Positions 1 through 13,090 of a stretch of 64,000 nt of DNA are shown piece after piece. The position numbers were made by a program, and so were the translations under genes. The first letter of the stretch is position 1; each line of letters starts with the position of its first letter. The stretch comes from Octopus sinensis (taxonomy: Eukaryota), in assembly GCF_006345805.1 (NCBI RefSeq), contig NC_042998.1:122450001-122514000 (forward strand), read 5' to 3'. Below the pieces are notes generated by a model that saw only the letters and a program-made list of their open reading frames with translations, had not been told where the DNA came from and did no database searches.

Positions 1-200
1 TGGTAATGATGGTAATGTAGTTAGCAGGGGGTGAGGATGGACTAATGAAAGAAAAGATCAGCATGTAGAGATGTTGATATTGGTGATGTTGATAGTAATC
101 ATGATGAAGAAAATGGCTATGGAACTGATGATGGTATTAGCTGACAGAGGAGAAATTGAAGAAGGGTTGAATTGGTAGATGTTGGTGATGCTGGTGTTTG
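1..200. repeat. GAT/GGT-rich low-complexity tract
   Basis: Degenerate (GAT/GGT)n runs throughout the first 200 bp. Confidence 0.6.
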
Positions 201-558
201 TACCAAAGACCAAGCAATAAAATACACACATAAAAATCTCAACAATTGAGTTGGTGCTGGATACGTTGATGATGGCACAATTACCTGTCTTCTTGTTTGT
301 TAAAGCTCACTGACGAAGCAAGTCATGAATTTGCTTAACAAAGACAGGACCTCTCCCGGCACTAAATTGGTATTTTCACATGTGTATTTTTATGTGATTA
401 TTCTGAGTTGCCTGATTTTCTGCTTCATATTTATCATGCAGATTAAATATTTTAATTTATTGTGGTTTAATATTTAAATACATAATAGTATTATGATATG
501 TGTGTGTGTGTGCGTGCATGCACACGTGTATACATATGTATGTATTCTTGTGTGTATG

Positions 559-590
<32 letters not shown>

Positions 591-1118
591 GTTAATCCAA
601 ACATGAAAGCACAAAGAGAAAACACAACAACGCGGGGATGTGGAACAAGTATAGTGCTATTGGACGCTCAGGAAAGGAAAGAAAGAAGAAGGATTTAACG
701 TTTCGAGTGGAGCTCTTCGTCAAAGACATAGGAAAAGGAAAGATCCAAGGAAAGGAAGACGGAAGAAAAAAAAATCGCCAACGGTACACACGCGGTCACA
801 TTTTGAATATATTATATGTATATATACACACACACATATATATATATATATATAGTTAATCCAAACATGAAAGCACAAAGAGAAAACACAACAACGCGGG
901 GATGTGGAACAAGTATAGTGCTATTGGACGCTCAGGAAAGGAAAGAAAGAAGAAGGATTTAACGTTTCGAGTGGAGCTCTTCGTCAAAGACATAGGAAAA
1001 GGAAAGATCCAAGGAAAGGAAGACGGAAGAAAAAAAAATCGCCAACGGTACACACGCGGTCACATTTTGAATATATTATATGTATATATACACACACACA
1101 TATATATATATATATCAT
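591..1118 (-). mobile_element. Head-to-tail duplication (2 x 264 bp) of a Penelope-like/retrozyme-like repeat between (TA)n tracts
   Basis: Units start at 591 and 855 and appear identical. Each holds a degenerate hammerhead core on the minus strand and shares acgctcaggaa and acgtttcgag..gctcttcg motifs with the repeat at 49.7 kb. Confidence 0.65.
691..727 (-). ncRNA. Degenerate minimal type I hammerhead-ribozyme motif (second copy at 955-991)
   Basis: Minus strand reads gtct-TTGACGA-a-GAG-ctcca-CTC-GAAA-CG-TT-aaat. It has C3U and a weak stem I, so it is probably inactive. Confidence 0.45.
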
Positions 1119-1450
1119 CATCATTGTTTAATGTCCATTTTCTGTGCTAGCACGGGTTTGATGCTTCAACCAGGGTCTGGGAAGCCAGGAGGCTGCTCCA
1201 GGCTCCAGTCTGATCTGGCAGTGTTTCTACAGCTGGATGCCCTTCCTAACGCCAACCACTCCGTGAGTGTAGTGGGTGCTTTTTACATGCCACCAGCACT
1301 GGTGCCAGGGGAGGCTGGAAGCAGCCATGATCGGTTTGTGCTTTTTATGTGCCACCAGCACAGAAGCCAGTCAAGGCAGCGCTGGCATCAGCCACGTTCA
1401 GATGGTGCTTTTTATGTGCCACTGGCATAGGTATCACAGCCACTATTTCT
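1114..1450 (-). mobile_element. RTE-type LINE 3' tail fragment
   Basis: (CAT)n followed by the ccatgctagc.../ggatgcccttcctaacgccaaccac motif that also ends the RT-bearing element at 27438. Confidence 0.75.
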
Positions 1451-4400
1451 ATTTGCCATTTATTAATGCATGTGTGTCCCTCTGTGTATGTATATGTGTG
1501 TGCATGCGCATGTGCTGGCATGTCTGTACAGATATATCTTTGTTGTTGTTTCAAGTTGTTTACTGAAAATATTTTTCCCGCAAAATAATGAAAAACAGAC
1601 TCAGAAGTCTTGTGCAGGCTCCTACCTGGCCAGCTTCTGTCAAACTGTGCAACCTATGCCAGCATGGAAGGCAGACATTAAATGATGATGATGATTGTAG
1701 GAGATAGGGTAGAAGTAGCTACCCTAAATGAAACTTTAAAAATTTCAGGTCACTCCGATATTAAGAGGAGTGGGAAAGGTAGGCTGCTGCTGCTGATGAT
1801 GATGATGAGGATGATGATAAAATGTCCTTTATTCTTTTAATTGTTCAAAGTAAGTTGTAAGATTGTTGGATTGTTGCTGTTGAACTACTCTGAATCACTA
1901 TATAGACCCACACTCTTGTGTGGATTGACTTGCTAGAAATAGTAGCTAAATTCCCCTCAAAATGACACCCTGTCATGTTAAAAAAGAGAAGAGTTTATTG
2001 TATAAGACAGTGGCATATAATTTGAATCTGATATATTTTTAAAAATGGTCTTGGTATGAATACTTTTTATTATAGGTTTCCTTGACCAGGGCTGACATGG
2101 AACTGACAGCAACGATGATGATGATGATGATGATGATGACGACGACATTCTCGAATTTGTCATATTTCAGAGTAACATGAAACACACACTGACATCTATG
2201 CACAGATACAAAGACATTAGTTTATGGTAGTTCTTTCATAATGGTCATTTTATTTTTTTTATACTGGTTTGGCTTGGTGAGCAACCTCCTTAGTTATTGA
2301 TTCTAAGTTGTTATTGAAAATATTCTTACAGCAAAATGGTGAAATGTGTTTATTTTCCACTCCTTGCATCTCTTTCATATGTGTTGTGTTATTATTGCTC
2401 TCAACGAGAGATCTCATGAAAGAAGCAGCACCAAATATTCACCACATAGAGCTCAGCTAATCAAAGCATTTGTTATATTTTCTAACACAATGAAATTAGT
2501 CAACTTATTAGAGAGCTTTCAACGAAGGATGATTTTAAATGGTTTATTATTTGCCTTTATTCTGTCTGAAAAGAACCATGTATTTCTTCTATTAAGTCAT
2601 TATTTTGTTTTCTTTCTGTCATACTGCACTTTTCAGAAAGATTCAATTTACTATGCCAATCAATATGTATCACATTTTTCCAACCTGTAAAGAAGACTTA
2701 AATTTGTTTGATAAAAATAAAATTGGAGCATTAAATATGTGTTTACTGTCAAAGAATTTTTGAAAGAATAATATGGAAAAGAAAGAAAGAACGAACGACA
2801 GAATTATGAAATAAATAAAGGGAAATTGCTTGATATTCAATATTTTTCCATTCTTTTTTTTACCTCTATTCAAATGTTGATTGAGTGAATTTGTAGACCA
2901 ACAACCAGAGCAGTTTTCTTTTACCCTCTCCTTTGTTATTTTATGAACAAAAATTAACACATTCACCAGACAATTTTATATTGTATTTTATTTCATTTTA
3001 TTTCAGTTCTGGAACAATACGTTCTTATTGTCTCATCTGTATTAGTTTTCTTTGAAATGTCACAAATTCTTGGGTGTCATTACAAGCCTTGCCGTTTCAA
3101 CTGTTATCTCTCTAACGAGATGCTATTTATTGTTGTTGCTTTATTAATTTGTTATATAAATGGAACTAGCTTCAATTCATCTGATGCTACACCACCTTGT
3201 TTCTCAGACCAAAAATATTCCACTCCTTGAATATTTTCATCAACTTGACTTCTTGATCTTTCTTTTAAAAATGTTTTCCTAAGTTTCTTTTTTCGAGAAA
3301 ATATATAACAGAAATTCTTCATATATTAGTATATTCTGAATACAGGTGAGATGGCCAATTAGATACAATGTTTACTTTGTTGGTAAACTTCTCTACTATC
3401 AACACCACCAATGTGTTAATGAGACCAGTGGTAGTCAACAACACTTCTGGCTTTATTTACTAAGTGAACTGAACTCAGCATTGTAAGTCAATAAAATAGT
3501 TGATAGTTTCAGAGTGTTGTCACTGTCTTACAGTGATGAATTATATACCACCATGAAGAAGTAGCTACCTGCAGCTAAGTAGACTGAACAGTTGAGAACC
3601 AAGTTTTCTGGGTACATAGTGGAACTGGTGATAAGATATGCATCATGGACTGCTACGCTGAGTTACCAGACTTGCTATCGAACTGATCATCTTAGCTGAG
3701 TTATCAGGCATGCTATTAAATTGACTACCTTTGATTCAAAACACATAAAGTGAAAGTGTTAATGCAAGGATTTTTGTAAAATAGACTAGAAACAAAATTC
3801 TTCCTGGATTTCTGGTAACCATACTGGATTATAGTAGGACAATGTAATGGTGCACAACATCAAATTCAATGGCAGACCAAAATTCCTTTTCATGACCTGA
3901 AAACATTTTAGGCATGAACAGTTGCTGTCCCTTCTAGAAATACTATACTATTCTGCTCACACACCTGAGATCTAAAATTCCCTTCCATAAATTATAGATT
4001 GCACTTTATGATTTCTGACTATATATTTATGTGAACTGAATGTAAATATTGAGCTGGATAAACAGGAAATTCAGATAAAGATAAAATGTTTATCGCAATG
4101 TTTATATCTAATAGATTCAAATATATTCTTTGAATAATCCTAGACTATTAAGAAATTAAATTTAACCACCTTATCATTTTCAAATCAAAAACAGGAACAT
4201 AAGTGATATAAAAAGATTGCAATACTTATTGCTGTTTTACAATAATTTTTCTTTACTTGTATTGGTGGGATAGTTTTATATTGAAGCAAATATTAGCCCT
4301 TCTTGCAAATAACCACTCAACCATAAAGAATGAATTGGGTGTTTTGTCCTCACCAATCAGATAGACTGGAGTAAGTAGAGTCACTTGCTTTGTTTAATGA

Positions 4401-5229
4401 CACACCACAATGGTTGTAGTAGAACTTGAACTCTTGAGTTCATATCCTCCAATAGTCCTGACATTATTCCTCTGACCAAGACATAATTCTGCTGATAAAT
4501 GCTAAATGTAGTATCCATTTTTTAAATAGAATAATTATACTCTTTCCTTTGTCATACAATACCTGCTTATCTTTGACGGCCATCAAAGTTGGTTGTTGCT
4601 GTTGTTATTTAACACCAAGGTCTTTTAGTTAAGTTTGAGCAGACTATGGCAAAAGCATTCAAGTCATCACCATCTATATCCCAGATATATATGTCTAGTT
4701 CCTTTCTATATCCCAAACAAAATTAGCCTTCAATTTTTAAGGGGTTGGGTAGGATTCAAGTAAGATTTGATCACAAACTTCTCAGGTAAATCTGGTAATT
4801 ATTCTTGATACTCAGGTGGATTGAGGAAATGTTGCAATGAATTTAAATTCTTGATACAGGAACAGTCAATTTAATTTCTTATCTCTTTAGATATATCACT
4901 TCTAACATATTTACATATATTAAAATATAAACAACAGTAAGTATCACTTGGCCCATATGTATCTCACTTTTTAAACTTCTATTCTTTGCCCACATACACA
5001 GCTACAATTGATATCACAAATAAAAATTAAAGTCTGTGAAAATTAGTTGTAATCTGCATCAGCAAAACAATAGAGTAGAATTTGCTTGAATGTGGGTCTG
5101 TTCAATGAATTACACCTCTCTGCTTCAAATTTTTGGTTTTGTACTCAATTCTGAAACAGTATAAAGTTTCTCTAACAATGTTTAGTCTTGTTTCTTCATT
5201 AACCATCCTCCTCCTCTTCTGCTGTTGCT

Positions 5230-5430
5230 GTTTAACGTCAGCTCCCCATGCTGACTTAGGTTGTATTGTTCAACATGATCTGACAAGTTAGAGAATTGTA
5301 TCTTACTCCAATGTGTTTTGGTACGGTTTTTATGGGTGGATGCCTTTCCTAATGTTAATCCTTTTACAGAGTGTACTGGGCACTTTTTCCTTTGCACCAG
5401 CACTAGTTAGGTCATTTTGAAACTTGCAAA
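5230..5430 (-). mobile_element. Old RTE-type 3' tail fragment
   Basis: Diverged ccatgctg...ggatgcctttcctaatg...gtgtactgg motif, as at 27438. Confidence 0.5.
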
Positions 5431-5468
5431 ACTAAAGAACCCAAAGTGGCCATTGTAAGAGAAGTAGT

Positions 5469-5517
<49 letters not shown>

Positions 5518-6184
5518 GGAGGGGAGAAAAGGGGACAGAATCTAGGCAAGATGATGAGAGAGTGAAATATGATGAAAGGAACAAATTTATAGTTGTAGGA
5601 AGGTGATAGTGGAGAGTGTAAAAGAGCAATCACTATTAGGGAAGAGTGTGCTAGAGGGACAGGGGAAAGGAAGGGATTAGTGTCAGTGGTTAGTGAGAAA
5701 GGGAGGAACAAGGTTGTAACTTGTGATGAGGTGGGGTATGAACAGAAACTTCAGGGTTATCTCACTTTATAAAGGTGAGTATGAATGGAAGGTGTGGAGG
5801 AATGACAAAATGAAAGAGAGAAAATAGAAGAGGATTGCAAGTGTCTAGAGAAAATCATTGAAAGCGAGTTGATGAGGATAGAGAAGTGCAGTCTCTTATA
5901 CATTTATACATGGGTGTAATGAAGGGTGGGTGAGATAGAGTGGTGGGTCAGTATGTAGGGCAAACAGTCATAGTTTGTGAGCTTCATAGATGGTTGGGAG
6001 ACGAGAGGTAGAGAGAAATGATTGATACGAGGATGAGATGATTGAAGTGAATGGGGTATGAGTGAAAGAGGGAAGGTGATCACCAGATAGATAAAAGGTA
6101 GGAGTTAGGTATGCAAGAAGTGGAAGCAGACTAAAAATCCTGTCAGGGTTAACTGTCACTTTCCTTTGTGCAGACTCAGTAAAA

Positions 6185-6420
6185 TCATCATCATCATTAT
6201 CTTCAACATATGCCTGTTTCCCATGCTGGCATGGGTTGGATGGCTTGACAGAAGCTGGCAAAGCCAGGGGCTGCACCGGGTTCCATAGTCTGTTTTGGCT
6301 TGCTTTCTACAGCTGGGTACCCTTCCTAACACCAACTATTTTACAGGGTGTACTAGATGCTATTTATGTGGTACCATCACCAGTGCTTATTATGTGGTAT
6401 CAGCACTCACACTATATGGC
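6185..6420 (-). mobile_element. Old RTE-type 3' tail fragment
   Basis: (CAT)n + ccatgctggcatgggttggatgg...cccttcctaacaccaac. Confidence 0.6.
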
Positions 6421-7297
6421 ACTTTGGTTTTAGGATCTCAATTCTGTTGTGGTGGGTAGGTCTTCTCAACTACAACAATGTGTCACATATCTCAGTCCTC
6501 TGTCATCTCCTCCATATATTTCAGTGTTTTGAGAATAAATGCCAGTAGTATGCAGGTTTATTCATCTGACAGTATAAATTTGTCTACAAAGTAATAGCTT
6601 TGAATTTAACCTAAAGAAATCAACAGAAAGAAAAAATATTCTTTGAAAGAGTACCATAACTTGTTATCGAGTGCATTTAGCAGGAGTGGTGGAGCAATGA
6701 AGAAAAAGCTTAGTTTTATCTCTGTAAATTCTGAGTTCAAACCTTGTCAGGTTTGATTTCGCTGTTTGTCTTTGGAGTGTCTATTTCTAGTCAAGGTAGC
6801 AGATTGGCAGAGTTGTTAGAGAATTGATTAGAATATTTTGTGGTATTTGTTCTGGCCCTCTGTAATCTGAGGTCAGCCTTGCTGTTCATTCTTTTGAGCT
6901 CATTAAAACACCAGTTCAAACCCATGAAAATGTGTGCCTGGATCATCATGTATAACTACATAATTTTGTTTAATCAGTCATCCATCATCTAAAACCTTAG
7001 AAATGAATGATATAAATATTCTTGTAAGTGATATTCTTTTTATTGTGTATAATTTGACAGCTTGTTATATAATTCAATATATTTCCTTTGTTCTGACACA
7101 ATTTTATCACTAACATGGATCCATATAGTTAGAACATTGGAGAAGATATCCACCTAGAAATTCCCCTCTGAAGGTCAGGTTTATGAAAGTTACAAGGGTG
7201 GAGGAAAAATGTGGCTTTCCTTAGCTGTAGTTGAATGATGATAAAGATGATGATGATGATGATGATGATGAGGGTCAATTTAATCACTTTACATTTT

Positions 7298-7606
7298 TGT
7301 TGTTGTTTGTTCCTTCTCGAACCATGCCTGGCTCATAAGGGCCGGTTTCTTGGTTTCAGTGGCATATAAGTTCCCCACCTGGACAAGATGCTGGTCTGTT
7401 TCAGGTGAGCTGCTAGATGTAGGAGGAAAGAGTGAGAGAAAGCTGTGGTGAAAGAGTCAGCAGAAGTTCACCATTACCTTCTGCCAGAGCTGCGTGGAGC
7501 TTAGGTGTTTCGCTCATAAACACACACATCTCCCGGTCTGAGATTTGAACCCATGATCCCTTGACAGCGAGTCCACTGCTCTAACCACTAGGCCATGTGC
7601 CTCCAC
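7298..7606 (-). mobile_element. tRNA-derived SINE
   Basis: Minus-strand head gtggaggcacatggcctagtggttagagcag...gggttcaaatctc with A and B boxes, followed by a non-tRNA body and a (CAA)n tail. Confidence 0.8.
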
Positions 7607-10230
7607 AGTCATTTTAAATAAAAAATAAAAAAACAGTAAGGTTGGCCCTTTGTCATTTGATGATGAGGAATCAGTTGTTTAATCAACAGAATTACCTGAT
7701 CCTGAGTTAAACTGTAAGTGGCTAAGTATTCCATGGACACAGATACCCTTAATGCAATTCTCAGACAGAATCAGCAGCATGATACAGTATGTAACAAGGT
7801 ATGGGCCAAGATTGTACCATTTGGCTATACTGTGCCAACAGCATAGGCAGTAAAATGAAATATTTCTAAATTGGGAATCCAAAATTTTATTACAGATTTG
7901 GTGTAGTAGCAGATTAACTTTTAGTCAACAGCAAAAACATGCCTAATTTTATTTGAAATAAAATTAATCTTGTCATTTTTATCAAAATTAAATCATAAAA
8001 CTAAAATCAATCGAGCTAGCTCCCTTTTCAAAACAATAACTCCCATGGAAAAAAAAAAGAAAAAGATAAACTAACAAAAATAAGCATGTATACAAATATG
8101 CTGCTGCAGTATTGGAACAGTAATAACAGATAGATGGAATCATGGAATAGAAGACAGATGACATAAAGATAAACATATTTTGTCTTCCAGAAGCTAATTC
8201 TTTTTACTCAGTGTCATAAGATGTAATAAAGTAAACAAATATTGTATTATTCACGTTGTATTATGGCACTTACATCAAATCGAGTTACTTCTGTTGATGA
8301 CAGAGATTAGCAGAGATGTCATAAAACACTACTGATTGACATTCTATCATTTAGGAAGCTGCTATGATGGAATTATCAGTTGGGAAACAGAAGGAATTCT
8401 TTCTTCTATTTGTGATGATTAATAATTTCTCTCACAACGATATAAAACAATCTCAATCTGCAACTGGCAGAAACTGTAGTCTCCATTAGCATATGAGTGT
8501 GAATAAAACTAGTAACATTTATATAATACTACAAAGGTATTTAAGTGAGTGCCTGAACCAACTATGGGAATGGAACAAGTCACTAAAATTGATGAATATA
8601 TGAATGCATGTTAGTGATAAAATTGTGTAAGAACAAAGGAAATATATTGAATTATATAGCAAGCTGTCAAATTATATATGATAAAAAGAATATCACTTGC
8701 AGGGCAATAATTGCAAGAATATTTATAATATCTTTCATTTCTAAGGTTTTAGATGATGGATGACTAATAAAACGAAATTATGTAGTTATACACGATGATC
8801 CACACATAGACATACACATTAGCATAAACAGTTAACATGTGAATATAATGAATAGTAAAACACTATATCTTTATAAATACAAACAGGAGATTGCAAAAGA
8901 AAACAAAGTGAGAAACATGATCTGAGTTACATCAACGAATTCCTGAATGATTGAGTTACCAATTACATCTCTGAGAGTATTTCTTCGAGATTAGATACAC
9001 TTTTATAAATGTATCTGCAAGTAAGTGCATATGTGTGTGCATGGAAAAAGCTTTCCTTTTAAACATGTAGTAATAAAAATAAAGATTTCATACCAATACA
9101 AGACCACATAAGATTATTATCTATTACATTGACTCCAGCTCTTCACTGGTACTTAGGGTTACCAACATCCAGAAGGATTACAAATAAAGTTGGCCTTGGC
9201 AGGATAGGAACCCAAAATGTTAGGGCATTTAACCAAACATTGCAAATTTTTTCCAAGTGTGTATTATTAAAATACTGTTTGTGCTCAAATTTTAGTTTAT
9301 TTTTATATAAAAAATTCATATTTCCTTATTAGATGTTATTGTTGGGTTGTTCAGGGTAACTAGGTTGAAGGAAAGTGACTGTGTTCTTTACATGAATGAC
9401 CAAAGTGTACAAGTGAATTATATCAGGAAGCTTATTTGCTGGCTTGTATGTGGCATTTAAAGCTTTATAATGTTCCAGTTAACACTGTTACATGATATAT
9501 GTAAATAGTTATTACAAAATGGAATAAGGTGGTAATTATATAAAAAGATGTTCACATGTGTATAGATATGCATGCATTTTGACATTACAGAACAAAGTTC
9601 ATCACTCTTTGCCAAACATGGTATACAAAGTTACACAAAAACAAGAAGAAAGTGTGAACACATTTCTTAGAATTAAACAACAGAATTCTGTGTAGTGTCT
9701 ATGGTGGCTGTATTTGAGATTGCAATATTCCAGTTTTTTATAACCTTGAACAAAACTTCTAGAACCTTTGGAAATACAACAGGCATGAATTTACTCAACT
9801 TTTCATTTGTCTACTGCTCTTAATTGCTAAACAGTCAGATGGCCTTCATTTCCTTTTTTTCAAAAAGTGCTATTGTTCAGTGTTATTATGTGTCTTGCAT
9901 AGCCTAGATTAAAGATTGGTTGAATGCTTCAATAGGTTCAAGATTGTTTAGTAAAGACAAAGTTTGAAGATAAGAAAGAAATGCAGAGTATTTGGCATGT
10001 CAGCAAGGGGAATATTTTAGAAAGTTGTTAAGGAGGAAATGGCAGCATCTATAAGCCTTCATTTTACAAGGCCTTTGAGACTGGTTAGAACAAATGATTG
10101 AAGTAATCCTCAAACTGGAGACTTGTCTTCAATGCTTGCAACAGAGTGAATTCTACTAAAGGCACCAACTGACTTGGTGGATTGATGGATTAGTCTACCA
10201 TCTTAGAATTCAGAATGCAAAGAGACAGAT

Positions 10231-10557
10231 ACTATTCTATATTTTTGAGATGAGGAATTATGTACATTATTTACAATGGATGGATAGGTGTCCTCACCTT
10301 GTTTGTTGTTTCCACAATTTTCAGCTGATGTACTATCCAGCCTTCATCAGGTGTTCTGGTGGAATTTTGAACCCAACCCTTTATTTGACTAAGAGGGGTA
10401 CTCTGCTTTCATTCCTAAGGTATTCTTCTTCTTACTGATTTCTTTTCTTTTGGTTTAAAATTCCAGGAGAACACCTGATGAAGGCTGGAGAGTACATTAG
10501 CTGAAACGATATGGAAGCAACAAACAAGGTGAGGACACCTATCTATCCATTGTAAAT
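10231..10557. mobile_element. Penelope-like remnant: inverted pair of ~105-bp hammerhead-bearing arms
   Basis: 10268-10373 is the reverse complement of 10452-10558. Each arm carries ACAC-CTGATGA-A-GGCTG...(C/T)AGCT-GAAA. A 12-bp direct repeat aaagagacagat flanks it (10219-10230, 10558-10569). Confidence 0.7.
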
Positions 10558-11485
10558 AAAGAGACAGATGCTAGAATTTATTGATCCTGAAAGGCTGAAG
10601 GATAAAATCTATTTCAGTGGGAATTAAGTATTTTGTTCTACCCTCTCACAAATGTCAATTTGCTGCTAGGACACAACTAAGGTGAGGATACTAATCTTTA
10701 CAGATAACTCAAGATAGCAAAAGGCTTGGTTTTTTACTCTATCAACATCTACGTGAGAAGAGCATAAAGATCAAGAAGAACAGTGAACATAGAAATTAGA
10801 AAAGACAATGACTTCAGAGAAGAATGAAATAAATGTTCATGATGCAGGACATGTAATAGCCAAATAGATTCTGGCATTTGATGGAATATGGAGAGTGGCA
10901 GAATCAACAGTGGGAATCAAAGAAATGAGAAAGGGAGATTTTGATTTTAGTTTGTTGCTAGGATACCCTATATGTGATTTAATTTTTACATTTTGCCATT
11001 AATATAGCTTTTGTGACCATTTTACTCATAAATTTTCTATATTTGGAGCTCTACATATAAGATAGTTATATAATCAATTTTTTTGTATATCTAGTTTTGC
11101 TTTAAGGTGTATTGAGTAATGTAATATATTGCAATGGCTACATGTTTGGTTAACTGACAAGAAAATGAAAGTGCGGGCATGTCCACTATAACAGTTAAAG
11201 TCATGAAGTTCACGACTTTGATACTTGCATACAAATTTCTAAATTATATTAATCATCTACATTTGTTTGGTGGCTTGAAGGTGTTATTTTCTAAAGGAAA
11301 TTTTAGCATTGGTGTTTTACTGATATATTATTCATGCTAGTTTATGATTGGATATAACACACATGCTGTGTTTTCTCTATATTTTCAACACTTCTGTAGT
11401 CAAAGAACTTTTGCTTTATGTAATATACTTTATATGTTTTTGTTGTTACCTTGTGTTTTTGTCTGTTTTATTTATTGTGTAGAAT

Positions 11486-11715
11486 TTGTTGCTCAACAGC
11501 TGCTGCTACTACTACTACTACTACTACTACAACTACTACTGCTGCTGCTATTACTACTACTTCTATTGTTACTGCTGCTGCAAATATTCCTACCACTACC
11601 GCTGCCACGGCCATCATGACCTCCACCACCTCTGCTGCTGCTGCCACTGCCACTGCTGCCACTGCTGCCACTATTACTAATACAATAGCAACAGCTACCA
11701 CCACTGATGCTGCCC

Positions 11716-11752
<37 letters not shown>
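11486..11752. repeat. Compound trinucleotide microsatellite (CTA/CTG/CCA)n
   Basis: Direct reading; it explains the poly-T/V/S/Y ORFs. Confidence 0.95.
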
Positions 11753-12080
11753 ACACACATATAGTTCAGGCAGATCTCCAAGTGGTTAGGGCTTTGGACT
11801 AACAATAATAAGGTCAGGGTTTCATGTATCCTTGAGTAAACCTCTTTAATTCACATTGCTGTTGTCATCACAGATGAAAATGAGGAGCAGTGAGTGCACG
11901 TGCATCTCTCTCTCTCTTATCCACCATTTGTCACATCCTTGGTGTCCTATTGAGTTAAATGTGAGAGGGTTGAATGTGGGTCTATGTCTATTTGCAAATA
12001 CTTAGGCATATAAAACAAATGGCTAAAACATGGCAACTGCTACTGTGTCATACTCACTAACAAGTGAACGCTACAGTCTA

Positions 12081-12083
<3 letters not shown>

Positions 12084-12135
<52 letters not shown>

Positions 12136-12231
12136 TATATATACATACATACATATATATATGTATATGTGTGTGTGTATGTATATATATATGTGTATAA
12201 ATATATATGTATATGTATATATATATATCTT

Positions 12232-12276
<45 letters not shown>

Positions 12277-12345
12277 GTATGTATGTATTATATTTATGTA
12301 TATTATATTTATGTATGTATGCATGGATATGTGTGTATGTGTATA
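12084..12345. repeat. (TA)n/(CA)n/(TATG)n microsatellite
   Basis: Direct reading. Confidence 0.95.
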
Positions 12346-13013
12346 CCTGTATGGTGAAATGAAATTGTGTTGATGGAAAATTCATAGCACTATCCTTGCT
12401 GCAATGAAAATATTTTATTTACGAGAGCTTCATAGGTGAATAGTTGCTTTCAAAGTTATAATACAGTTTCCTCTAGTTTACCTAAGCTTATATAATAACA
12501 CATCAAGATCAAAAGTAAGTGATGAATGATAGGACACACAGTTAATACTTTAGAGCTACTTGAAGATGTTAGAAAATGCACTTCTATAAAGCCCCAACCC
12601 AGCGTGTCAAATTATACTCTTAATACAAACGTATATACACAAAAACACATACATACATACATAAATGCATACATACATACATACATGCATACATACATGC
12701 ATTGATATGTGCATACATACATAAAAATGATTTTGGGACGATTGAAAGAATTTCCAGTGGACTTGTGAAATGAACCAGTTCTATAAGAAAGTTAGTGATG
12801 ATCTAGTGATGATTTATTATGCGATGAGGATGAAAGACGGTTTAGATGCAACATATTTCTGCTGCATGTATTTCTCAACTACAGCAGCATGATATGTTAT
12901 TGGGAAACAGGATAACCATACAGTAAAAATGAGTATGTAATAACACAAAGAATATCTCAGAAAGAAATATGTAGAAATCAACAATGAAAAAGACTCTTAC
13001 AGCATGGTGATAC

Positions 13014-13090
13014 CTCTTCAACCAGGGTGTCCAAGAGAAATTCGGCAAGGTGGAGCCAAACTGTTTTCAGGCTCCAGGATATGTGGGCTT
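13014..13090 (-). CDS. Candidate internal exon of an unidentified host gene (AHISWSLKTVWLHLAEFLLDTLVEE)
   Basis: GC-elevated unique island with acceptor ttttaag|AAG and donor GAG|gtatca. The open frame is phase 1 to 0, compatible with the 25545-25677 candidate. A plus-strand alternative exists (13026-13114, GVQEKFGKVEPNCFQAPGYVGFLKFKEAMR). Confidence 0.3.

Noticed and set aside
310-340. Hammerhead-like CTGACGA plus stem
   Set aside because: The required GAAA after stem II is absent (TTAA).
11344-11789. Poly-Thr/Val/Ser/Leu ORFs resembling mucins
   Set aside because: They arise from trinucleotide microsatellite in all frames.
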